A stretch of 64,000 bases of DNA from a bacterium (GTDB lineage Bacteria; Zhuqueibacterota; Zhuqueibacteria; Zhuqueibacterales; Zhuqueibacteraceae): the NCBI GenBank assembly GCA_044869275.1, contig JBIOXB010000163.1, forward strand, positions 14,483 through 78,482, given 5' to 3'. Each line of letters starts with the position of its first letter. The stretch's first letter is position 1. The notes below the pieces were generated by a model that ran no database searches, was not told the origin of the DNA, and was given only the letters and a program-made list of their open reading frames with translations. The position numbers were made by a program, and so were the translations under genes. Below, in pieces: positions 1-7,765 of the stretch.

Positions 1-72
1 CAAAGAAAAACTCTTTGCGTATTCTCTGCGCCCTTTTGTAAGGTTCGGAGATCGATTGAATTCCCGAAATAC

Positions 73-501
73 TCAATTCCTTGTTACGATTGCCCGGCTC
101 AACAATAACATCGCGATGCCGAAAGTAATCACAAACGGGCCTTCCCACAATTTCCAGAAAAGAGGCAGCCCCTCCAGCCAGTCTACATAGAGCAGTATAA
201 CGCCCAAAGTGATTACCGAATAACTCAGGTAAATTAAAACCGCGCGATGACGTTTGGGATCGAAAGAGAGCATCCAGAACAGCCCTCCCATTAACGCGTA
301 AAATGCCGAGGTTGATCTCGCCAAATAACCGACCACTGGTTAGTTCGGCAGAGGCCCCATGCCCAGCTGTGCATGGATTTGATCCATCCAAGCATGCGGC
401 ACGAAGACAAAGACCAGCGCAAAGAGAGAGGACGTGCCCATCAGTCGCAAAAGGAATTTCAACAGTTGTTCGATATTGTTTGTTGAGGCGTGGTTCGACA
501 T
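73..501 (-). pseudogene. Membrane protein gene split by one in-frame TAA (340-342)
   Basis: ORFs 340..636 and 73..336 share a frame and read ...LGMGPLPN*PVVGYLARSTSAFY... as one hydrophobic protein of about 4 TM segments. A GGAG RBS lies 7 nt upstream of the ATG at 501. Confidence 0.7.
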
Positions 502-604
502 CATGTTTCTCCACCGATATTTCCGGCAAAGTGTTGTTTGGGCATTTACGAAGTGAGTGCGAAGCTTCATACCCGTGTCGCTTACACACCGACACGTCGG
601 AGGA

Positions 605-1003
605 TTATGACGGTCTTCTTCGCGAGAACGGCACAAGCTCCGTGGTCGTGGCTATGGATTTTGCACGTCCGAGATCTCGGGCGTATTTGATCGACCCCGG
701 TGTGTCATACTTTTCCACGTAGGCCCGGCTGACCGCGTCTTTCAAACGCTCGCTCCGCGTGCGCACGGCGCGGACAGGAATCTCGCGGTCACCAACCATG
801 ATAGCGCCAGCCGGGTCTTCGAGAAAAGTCCGATACCAGCTTCGCGGTTTCAGGCTCCACGAGCGCACAAACACGCGGCTCTCCACCACTACAGCCCAGA
901 TGCCGATGAAACGATGCGGCTGGGTGCCGGCCCGGATGCTTAAAATCTTATTGTCGCGAATCGTGGCTAGAATGTCGTCTTTGAAACGTCTATTCTTGCT
1001 CAT
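605..1003 (-). CDS. DUF2255-family protein
   Basis: IRAG..HRFIGIWAVVVESRVFVRSW...WYR motif; ATG at 1003. Confidence 0.7.
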   Translation of the reverse strand: MSKNRRFKDDILATIRDNKILSIRAGTQPHRFIGIWAVVVESRVFVRSWSLKPRSWYRTFLEDPAGAIMVGDREIPVRAVRTRSERLKDAVSRAYVEKYDTPGSIKYARDLGRAKSIATTTELVPFSRRRPS

Positions 1004-1058
1004 GCACACACTTCTCTTTTACGCGGTTTTCAATGGGATGGCTACCGCAGCTATAAAC

Positions 1059-1306
1059 CTCCCACCCCTACGCGGTCTTGCCGAAGAGAGCCATCCCGAC
1101 GTGTCGGGATCCGTTTCCGAGGCATAGATTAAATTTATTTGGTGTGACGGCTATTCCGGCGGAACCAGATTCTCTATGATCGCGTCGGTGTGAGTTCGAT
1201 AATTGATTTTGGCGAGATTGCGCCGGATGTCCCAGCCGAGCGGTTTCAATGCCTCTTCTTTCAAGCGTTGGAATTCTTTAACCAGTTACAATTTGAATTC
1301 GACGGG
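1059..1306 (-). pseudogene. Fragment of a KilA-N-domain-containing protein (C-terminal half), with stops and a hairpin insertion
   Basis: Hand translation gives PVEFKL*LVKEFQRLKEEALKPLGWDIRRNLAKINYRTHTDAIIENLVPPE*PSHQINLIYASETD, then the hairpin, then MALFGKTA*GWE. This matches the family pattern as I recall it (EFKLYLIKEFQRLK...LAKINYRIHTDAIK...YASEADVLNMALFG). Not in the ORF track. Confidence 0.8.
1093..1110. repeat. 18-bp palindrome ATCCCGA-CGTG-TCGGGAT (copy 1)
   Basis: Perfect 7-bp arms; other copies at 3832, 10530, 22481 and 36166. Confidence 0.9.
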
Positions 1307-1339
1307 TTTAAAATCAAAGTTATTTTCCTCGTTCGGAAA

Positions 1340-1795
1340 TCAAGCACGAAATTTCTCCGCCATCAACGTCACGGGATCCTTCCCATTGAGACTGCAGATT
1401 TGCCCCTTGAACACGCTGAACCTGCCGTCCTTCTCCATGCGCTCGGCAATCTGTCGATAGGTGAAGGTTGGAACAATATCCATTTTATGAAGCACGGCAT
1501 CGATCAAGTCTTTGGTCATGCCGACGCGTTCGGCTACGAGCGAATTGTAGATTTCATCGAGACACAAGTCCATCATTTGATTTGAAGTAATTCCCGGTCT
1601 CAGGCCATTCTTGTTGTGGGTGGGGATCGCATCAAAGGAGGTAATTTGCGCAGATGTTTGAAATCCTCCCGGCAGGGTGAAGTATGCCGTCTTGTTTGTG
1701 GGATTTGCTTCGATGAAGTTCACTCGGTAACAGCAATTCTTGTATTTCTTGCCCGAGCCGCATGGACAGGGATCATTCCTTCGTGCTGCGTTCAT
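1340..1795 (-). CDS. SEC-C metal-binding motif protein
   Basis: N-terminal RNDPCPCGSGKKYKNCC. Confidence 0.85.
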   Translation of the reverse strand: MNAARRNDPCPCGSGKKYKNCCYRVNFIEANPTNKTAYFTLPGGFQTSAQITSFDAIPTHNKNGLRPGITSNQMMDLCLDEIYNSLVAERVGMTKDLIDAVLHKMDIVPTFTYRQIAERMEKDGRFSVFKGQICSLNGKDPVTLMAEKFRA

Positions 1796-2079
1796 GTTGG
1801 GCCTCTTAACGTGTCATAACGAAATCATTTCCGGTGATCGTGATGAAATCGTGCATGAGAATAAAAAGGATTCTTACAGAATGACATTTACGCCAAGAAG
1901 CTCAGCAGAGAATCTAAATTTTCTGGAAATCAAGCGCGGAGTTTTTCCTCATGATGAGCTTGAGCGCAAAAAACTTGCGTGGGAGAGAACCCCATAATAT
2001 CGAAGATCAACTTCCCCCAACTCAAGCATGTACGCTCGACGGCTTGCCGTTGTGGCGCGGCATCACCAAAATCAAATAG

Positions 2080-2199
2080 CCGTATTGCTTGAAGTTGATC
2101 ATAATTGGCGCGGCTGGCCGAAGCGTTGTAATAGCCATTTTCCAGGCAGTATTTTGCAAGCAAGAGATTGTCTTGCGCCTTCTTCAAAAAGCCTTGCAT
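2080..2199 (-). pseudogene. N-terminal remnant of a HEPN-domain protein
   Basis: MQGFLKKAQDNLLLAKYCLENGYYNASASRANY resembles HEPN helices 1-2 (..A.SRAYY). Similarity is lost downstream, so the end coordinate is approximate. Confidence 0.55.
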
Positions 2200-2420
2200 A
2201 AGCACACCCTTCCAAGAAAACGGCACAAAAATATAACATATACGATGTTCAAATTCCAAATAATTCTCCTATGAGCTCACTTTTGGGGCGGCGAATGCTT
2301 CTTCGCTCTCACGCATCCCCATGTGGCGGTAACGATTTTCTGAAGTTTGACGATGATGGCGGCAAGCCTGACAAAAAGCAAGAGACCGCCTGAGCTTGAA
2401 TGGTCAAGCGAAAAAAGTTC

Positions 2421-2461
2421 TTGCCTTTTGCAACTAAACTGTATATATTGCGTATATACAG
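2421..2461 (+). promoter_or_regulatory. Sigma70-type promoter overlapped by a YtrA/GntR-type operator
   Basis: TTGCCT(2421)-17 bp-TATATT(2444). The perfect inverted repeat CTGTATATA-TTGCG-TATATACAG (2439-2461) covers the -10 box. Confidence 0.8.
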
Positions 2462-2504
2462 AATGAACACACCGTAAAGTTTACGACTCAAGCGGAGAAA
2501 CGCC

Positions 2505-3821
2505 TTGCTGCTGCATTTGACCGACCATTCCGCCGAGCCGCTGCAAAAGCAGATCAGCCGCCAAATTCTGGAAAGGATTCTGAGCGGGGAATTGGCAGCG
2601 GGTGGCGTTTTGCCGAGTGCCCGGCTGCGGTTATTGTCCGTGTTCGAGCCCGCCAAGCTGCGCGAGGTGTTGGCGGAAAATCTCAAAAAGCATTTGGCCG
2701 TGGCGGCCGTGCATCTCTTTTTGCGTGAAGAACATAACGGCGCTTTTGCCTTTCTGCCTGCTCAGGGCGAGCCCAAACCGCTCGCGATTGCGCCGCACGA
2801 TGAAATGTTGCAAGCGATTTCGCACTTGCAAACGCCGGCACCTCGCTCTGAGGTTGAGCGCGCTGCCTGCGCAAGCGTCTTGTGCGAGGAATTGGAGCGG
2901 CGCAAGATTGATCTCATGGTACCCCTGCGTGAAGCCGATTATTTTCTGGGATTCATCGGCTTGTCGCGCGATTTTTCCGGCCTGCCGCTGGCCGCACATG
3001 AAATGAATTTGCTGGCGGTGCTGGCCAACCAATTCGTCAGTGCGCTGCTGGCGTCGCGGTTGTATGTCGAAGCCGTGGAAAAGCGCCGCATGGAAAACGA
3101 GCTGGCGATCGCGCGGCAAATTCAAGCCGATCTTTTGCCCAAAGTTCTGCCGGATGATGAGTCTCTGCAAATCGCGGCCTACTCCGAAGCTTCGCGCGCG
3201 GTGGGTGGGGATTTTTATGATTATCTGCCCATCGACGCGCAGCGCTTCGGCCTGGTGATTGCCGATGCCTGCGGCAAAGGCATGCCGGCCGCGATGTTGG
3301 TTTCTCAAATCCAGGTGATTCTCAAAACCGAAGTGCGCCACCGGCGCGAGCTCATGGAAACGATCGCGCCGCTCAATCAACACGTGAAACGCCACGCCGC
3401 TCCGCGCAATTTTGTCACGCTGGTTTATGGTATTTTTGACCGCGCCACGCGGCAATTCGAGTATGTGAATGCCGGACACAATCATCCCATGCTGCTGCGC
3501 CGGGACGGCACTGCCGAGGATCTCCACACCACCGGTCCAGCTTTGGGATTGATGGCCGAGGGCCATTTTCAAACGGCTCGGGCGACTTTGCAGCCCGGCG
3601 ATACACTCCTGTTCTACACGGATGGCATTACCGAAATGATGAACGAAGCCGCGGAGCAATACGGCGAGCAACGCTTGCTCCACCTCGCGCAACAGCATCG
3701 TGGATTAGAAGCCCGCGCTTTGCTCGCGGCACTCCGGGATGAGGTGAAAGCATTTTATCCAACTTCCTTTTTGCCTGATGACCGCACGCTGATGATTTTG
3801 AAAATGAAAGAAAATGATTGA
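2505..3821 (+). CDS. GntR N-terminal stub + GAF + SpoIIE/RsbU-type PP2C phosphatase
   Basis: The first 40 aa are 27/40 identical to the adjacent GntR. PP2C motifs VGGDFYD, IADACGKG, NAGH, FYTDG and DDRT are present. Confidence 0.85.
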   Translation: MLLHLTDHSAEPLQKQISRQILERILSGELAAGGVLPSARLRLLSVFEPAKLREVLAENLKKHLAVAAVHLFLREEHNGAFAFLPAQGEPKPLAIAPHDEMLQAISHLQTPAPRSEVERAACASVLCEELERRKIDLMVPLREADYFLGFIGLSRDFSGLPLAAHEMNLLAVLANQFVSALLASRLYVEAVEKRRMENELAIARQIQADLLPKVLPDDESLQIAAYSEASRAVGGDFYDYLPIDAQRFGLVIADACGKGMPAAMLVSQIQVILKTEVRHRRELMETIAPLNQHVKRHAAPRNFVTLVYGIFDRATRQFEYVNAGHNHPMLLRRDGTAEDLHTTGPALGLMAEGHFQTARATLQPGDTLLFYTDGITEMMNEAAEQYGEQRLLHLAQQHRGLEARALLAALRDEVKAFYPTSFLPDDRTLMILKMKEND

Positions 3822-3831
3822 TCGCGTTGCG

Positions 3832-3849
3832 GTCCCGAACCGTCGGGAT
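3832..3849. repeat. Palindrome GTCCCGA-ACCG-TCGGGAT (copy 2, one outer mismatch)
   Basis: Same arms as the 1093 copy. Confidence 0.8.
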
Positions 3850-3900
3850 CGCCATGCATGAGAGGCGCTCTGCGCCTTTATTGCGACGCCCGGCTATGCT

Positions 3901-3990
3901 TGTCATTCCGTAGGAATCTTCCCAAGCACGGGCAGAGTTCCCTGTTGGATCTCGCTCTTGAGTGCCAGGGAAGATTCTTACAGAATGACA
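3901..3990. repeat. REP-like element family C
   Basis: Arms TGTCATTCCGTAGGAATCTTCCC and GGGAAGATTCTTACAGAATGACA. Related copies at 10526-10620 and 35974-36187, plus a half copy near 1868-1886. Confidence 0.85.
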
Positions 3991-4050
3991 GAAACAAATG
4001 GAAAATTCTTCACACAAAAAAAGCTACAAGTTGCATCAAACACTTCGACC

Positions 4051-4425
4051 ATGCTACTCAACCTAACCGACCTTTCCTCCGAGCCGCTGCAGAGCCAGAT
4101 CGTGCGGCAGATTCGTGCCAAGATTCTCTCGGGCGAATTGGAGGCCGAATCCGATCTGCCCTCGATTCGTGCACTGGCCAGCGCGCAGCAGGTGAGCGTG
4201 ATCACCGTGCAACGCGCCTATGAAACGCTATTGCGTGAGGGCCTCATCCACGCGCGGCGGGGCAAGGGATTTTTCGTGTCAGAATTGTTGAAAGATCAAA
4301 AAAAAGAGATGGCGCAACAAAAACTGGCAGACGGGCTCAAGCCGATTGTCGCAACGGCGCTGGCGGAAGGGTTATCGGTGCAAGACATCAAGCGCGCGAT
4401 TGAGGTTGCCGCGAATCATAAATGA
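4051..4425 (+). CDS. GntR-family (YtrA subfamily) regulator
   Basis: LPSIRALA..VSVITVQRAYETL.REGLI..RRGKGFFV with a short C-terminal domain; followed by ABC genes. Confidence 0.92.
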   Translation: MLLNLTDLSSEPLQSQIVRQIRAKILSGELEAESDLPSIRALASAQQVSVITVQRAYETLLREGLIHARRGKGFFVSELLKDQKKEMAQQKLADGLKPIVATALAEGLSVQDIKRAIEVAANHK

Positions 4426-4462
4426 TTTCAGTCAGGCCCTGTCGCTTTGGGAGAAAACAAAA

Positions 4463-5359
4463 ATGAACAACGCCTTCGCATTCAAAAACGTCATTAAAAC
4501 CTACCGCGATTTTCAGCTCGGCCCGCTGAATCTTGACTTGGAGCCGGGGGTCGTGCTAGGCTACATCGGGCCAAATGCCAGCGGCAAAACCACGACGATG
4601 CATTGCCTGGTGGGGTTGGTGCGGGCTGAGAGTGGCGAGATGGAAGTTTATGGCCGGCGCAATGATTTGAATCACCCCGAATGGAAGAGCGATCTCGGTT
4701 ACGTTGGCGACGAGCATGTGTTTTATGAAAACTGGAGCGGCGAAAGAAACCTGCGCTTTCTGGCACAGTTTTATCCGAATTGGTCGAACCAAACAGCCGC
4801 CGACCTGGCGCGGCGTTTCAACCTGCCGCTGCACAAGAAAGCGAAAGAGCTTTCGCACGGCAATCGCGTGAAGCTGGCGTTGATCGCGGCGCTGGCGCAT
4901 GCTCCCAAGCTGCTCATTTTGGACGAGCCCACTTCCGGATTGGACCCCGTGGTGCGCGCCGAGGTATTGGAAGTCTTGTTCGAAGTGGTGGAAAGCGGCG
5001 AACGCGCGATTTTTTATTCCACGCATATTCTGTCCGACATCAGCCGCCTGGCCGATGAGCTAGCCTTTTTATCCGAGGGTCAAATACTGCTGCGCACCGC
5101 CAAAGAAGATCTCATCGACCGCTGGCGGAAGATTTCATTTCGTCTCGAGGGGGAAATGACACAGTTTGCCGCCGCCGTGCAGCACCGGCAGGAAGGCAAG
5201 GATCATCAAATTATCACCGCGGATTTCGTAGCCACGCGCCGGCACCTCGGCGAGCTGGGCGCGGAAAACGTGATGGAAAACCGCATGAGCATCGACGAGA
5301 TTGCCGTGCACATTCTCAAAGGTGGCAACCATGTGGCGTCTCTTGCAAGCGGAGTTTGA
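4463..5359 (+). CDS. ABC-2 transporter ATP-binding protein (YtrB-like)
   Basis: Walker A GPNASGKTT, LSHG signature, LILDEPT, YSTH. Confidence 0.92.
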   Translation: MNNAFAFKNVIKTYRDFQLGPLNLDLEPGVVLGYIGPNASGKTTTMHCLVGLVRAESGEMEVYGRRNDLNHPEWKSDLGYVGDEHVFYENWSGERNLRFLAQFYPNWSNQTAADLARRFNLPLHKKAKELSHGNRVKLALIAALAHAPKLLILDEPTSGLDPVVRAEVLEVLFEVVESGERAIFYSTHILSDISRLADELAFLSEGQILLRTAKEDLIDRWRKISFRLEGEMTQFAAAVQHRQEGKDHQIITADFVATRRHLGELGAENVMENRMSIDEIAVHILKGGNHVASLASGV

Positions 5360-5762
5360 ATACCACAAAACCAGATTGTGGTTCGCGGTGCTGGCCGCCA
5401 TTGCGTTTTTGCTCGCCAATTTGATGCGGGATTGGGGCGGCGTTTATGGCCTGCAAGGCGTGACCATGATCATTTTTTATGCGGCGATGATCATCATCGG
5501 CACCTATGATGATCGCGAAAAGCGCGACCGCCAGCAGGCGCTGCTCCCGGTTCCGCTCACTCCATTCAGCCTCTCCCGGCTGGTGTTCATCGTCTGCTTG
5601 CAGGGCGCATTTTTTGTGCTTTGGCTTGTCGTGTTTCTGCTCCGGCATGTGCCGCACGACATGAAGGCATGGTGGAGCATGTTGTCTTTGCAAGCCACGA
5701 TATTTATCGTGATCAATTTGTTCATTAAAATCTTCGTCCGCCGGAGATCTTATTTGTCGTGA
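5331..5762 (+). CDS. ABC-2 permease-like membrane protein (short, possibly truncated)
   Basis: Overlaps the ATPase stop codon; has TM helices and an LLPV motif; only 143 aa. Confidence 0.65.
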   Translation: MWRLLQAEFEYHKTRLWFAVLAAIAFLLANLMRDWGGVYGLQGVTMIIFYAAMIIIGTYDDREKRDRQQALLPVPLTPFSLSRLVFIVCLQGAFFVLWLVVFLLRHVPHDMKAWWSMLSLQATIFIVINLFIKIFVRRRSYLS

Positions 5763-5800
5763 AGTCCCACTGAGAGAGGATGCCAGTGCCGAAAAAGATT

Positions 5801-5935
5801 CAGCCTGTGTGAAAACGCTCCGCAGGAAGCTGAAAAACTCCTTTTGATGCCGGACTCGCGAAAGCGGGTATGTAGAAAACCCAATGAAATCATGGATTCC
5901 CGCTTTCGCTGGAATGACAAATCCGACCAATTGGG
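5801..5935. mobile_element. Composite MITE remnant: family-B left end joined to a family-A element lacking its right end
   Basis: CAGCCTGTGTGAAAAC at 5801, then CAGGAAGCTGAAAAACTC at 5823, then the CGCGAAAGCGGG...GGATTCCCGCTTTCGC.GGAATGAC core. Confidence 0.7.
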
Positions 5936-6334
5936 CTATTTCGGCGCCGCCAACTTGCGTAAGCCATAAGCCTGCAAAATTCCGAGCAACAAGACAACAT
6001 CAGCGACGATCGCGACCATCCAGTTCCCGATAGTCGTGAGCACTCCCCACGCCACAACCCATGCGCTCCCCACCACCCATCCGAAATTGAGCACCACGGC
6101 GACAACTGCTTGCGCGCGATTGATGATCGAGCGGCGCGCGTTGAGAAACAATGCCGCCGCGTAAAGCCAAAGTGCCAGGCCGATGCCGGTCAAAATGCTC
6201 GCTTGCTGCAGTCCCAGCAGATTGGCCACCGGTCCGGCGGCAAGGACAAGGATCGTACCGCCCAACAGTGAAAATGCGCTGTCTGCCTGCAGAGCGCGGC
6301 GAAGCAATTCCGGATTGCGAGATTGTGGCTGCAT
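5936..6334 (-). CDS. Small integral membrane protein (about 4 TM)
   Basis: LLRRAL.AD...; hydrophobic helices; ATG at 6334. Confidence 0.75.
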   Translation of the reverse strand: MQPQSRNPELLRRALQADSAFSLLGGTILVLAAGPVANLLGLQQASILTGIGLALWLYAAALFLNARRSIINRAQAVVAVVLNFGWVVGSAWVVAWGVLTTIGNWMVAIVADVVLLLGILQAYGLRKLAAPK

Positions 6335-6596
6335 GTTCAAGGCTCCGAATTTGTAGTGAAACCGAATCAACGAAGGAATTTAAAAATCCCCGCCGGGTTT
6401 GCCGTCGGCGATGAAGAAAAATACGCAAAAGGAGCCGGGGATTCTACCTGCCCGATAATCTTGTGTGGCAACCTTATAAAGTAGGCAGTGGTCAATGCGT
6501 CTGAATCGGCACATTACAAATTGAGCAACCTCACAACCCCAATAAGCTGGCAGCAAGGATAATCGCCAACGGAGGGAGGGAACCCCGGCGATAAAA

Positions 6597-7754
6597 TCAG
6601 TTTTTCATCCGTGGGCTTGTCTCTATCCGGTGAGAGTTTGTTCCGGCAGGACCGGCATTACTGCGAAATTGCGAGGGTGTTATTCCGGTGATTTTTTTGA
6701 AGGCGGCGTTGAACGCGGAGATGGAGCTGAAGCCGGCGGTGAAGCCGATTTCCGCAATGTTGAGGTGGGCGCGCGCCGGGTCGCGCAGCAGTTGTTGTGC
6801 CTCGGCGACGCGATGGCGGTTCACAAACTCGAAGAAATTCTGCTGCAGTTTTTCGTTGATGATTTGCGACAAATGATGCGGCGGCAGGGCGAGCATTTTG
6901 GCAAGCCCGGGCAAATTCAAGCCGCTGTCCCGGTGAGGCTTTTGGCGTGCCATGAATTCTTGCAGCTTGTGCAAATACTCCTCGGCTTTGCCCGTGGTCA
7001 GGGTCGACTTTTGGTATTTGCTCGCAGCCGGCATGGACGCTAAAGCAGCCCGCATTTCGCCGCTGAAGATCTCCGGCTGGCGCAATGCAAAGTAGCCGAT
7101 CGCATAGAGAACGAACGAAAGAAAAAGCCAGGGCAGTTGCGCCAGCTCATTTTGAAAACCGAAGAGCTGCCAGACGAAGACCAGCATCCAATCCAGCGCG
7201 CAAAAGCAGAGCAGAAAGTGCAGCCAGTTCAACTGCAGGTGCTCGAGCGAAGAAAAGGATGATTGCAGACGATGCGCGTGCTGGCGAAGATCGTATAGTG
7301 CGGCGGACAGATAGACCAGCACGTGCGCAAGCGCGAGCCAATTGAGACCCGAAAGAGGAGTGAAATATATTACTGCAGGCTGATTGAATTTGCCGAGTTC
7401 GCCGGGCCATGCCAAAACAAGATACACCAGAACGTAAACGAGCGCCGGCAGAAAATGGAAAAGCTGCTGGCGTTCGCCTCTAAAAGACGGCCCGGTCAAA
7501 GCTTTTGCATGGAACCACAGCAACGGACCGAAACACAAAATGGTGGCGATCTCAACCGCCCGAAGCTGAGCTGCGGCAAACTCATGTTGCGCATGTGCCG
7601 CTGCGCGCCAGGCCAAGGCGAGAGCAAACAGCAGCAACAGGCCCGCGAGAAAGCGATTGCCGGCGCGGTTGCCCCGCGGCAAGTTGAAGAGCGCGAGGGA
7701 CAGGAATATGCCTTGGGTCGCACCTGCGAGCAAAATGACTGAGAACCAATCCAC
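6597..7754 (-). CDS. Membrane-anchored AraC-family regulator
   Basis: About 7 TM segments, then HLSQIINE..NFFEFVN.HRV..A and IAEIGFTAGFSSISAFNAAFKK.TG.TPSQFR. Confidence 0.92.
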   Translation of the reverse strand: MDWFSVILLAGATQGIFLSLALFNLPRGNRAGNRFLAGLLLLFALALAWRAAAHAQHEFAAAQLRAVEIATILCFGPLLWFHAKALTGPSFRGERQQLFHFLPALVYVLVYLVLAWPGELGKFNQPAVIYFTPLSGLNWLALAHVLVYLSAALYDLRQHAHRLQSSFSSLEHLQLNWLHFLLCFCALDWMLVFVWQLFGFQNELAQLPWLFLSFVLYAIGYFALRQPEIFSGEMRAALASMPAASKYQKSTLTTGKAEEYLHKLQEFMARQKPHRDSGLNLPGLAKMLALPPHHLSQIINEKLQQNFFEFVNRHRVAEAQQLLRDPARAHLNIAEIGFTAGFSSISAFNAAFKKITGITPSQFRSNAGPAGTNSHRIETSPRMKN

Positions 7755-7765
7755 GTCAATTGTCC

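Noticed and set aside
340..342. Stop-codon recoding (selenocysteine/pyrrolysine)
   Set aside because: The codon is TAA, which ends many genes here; a point mutation or sequencing error is more likely.
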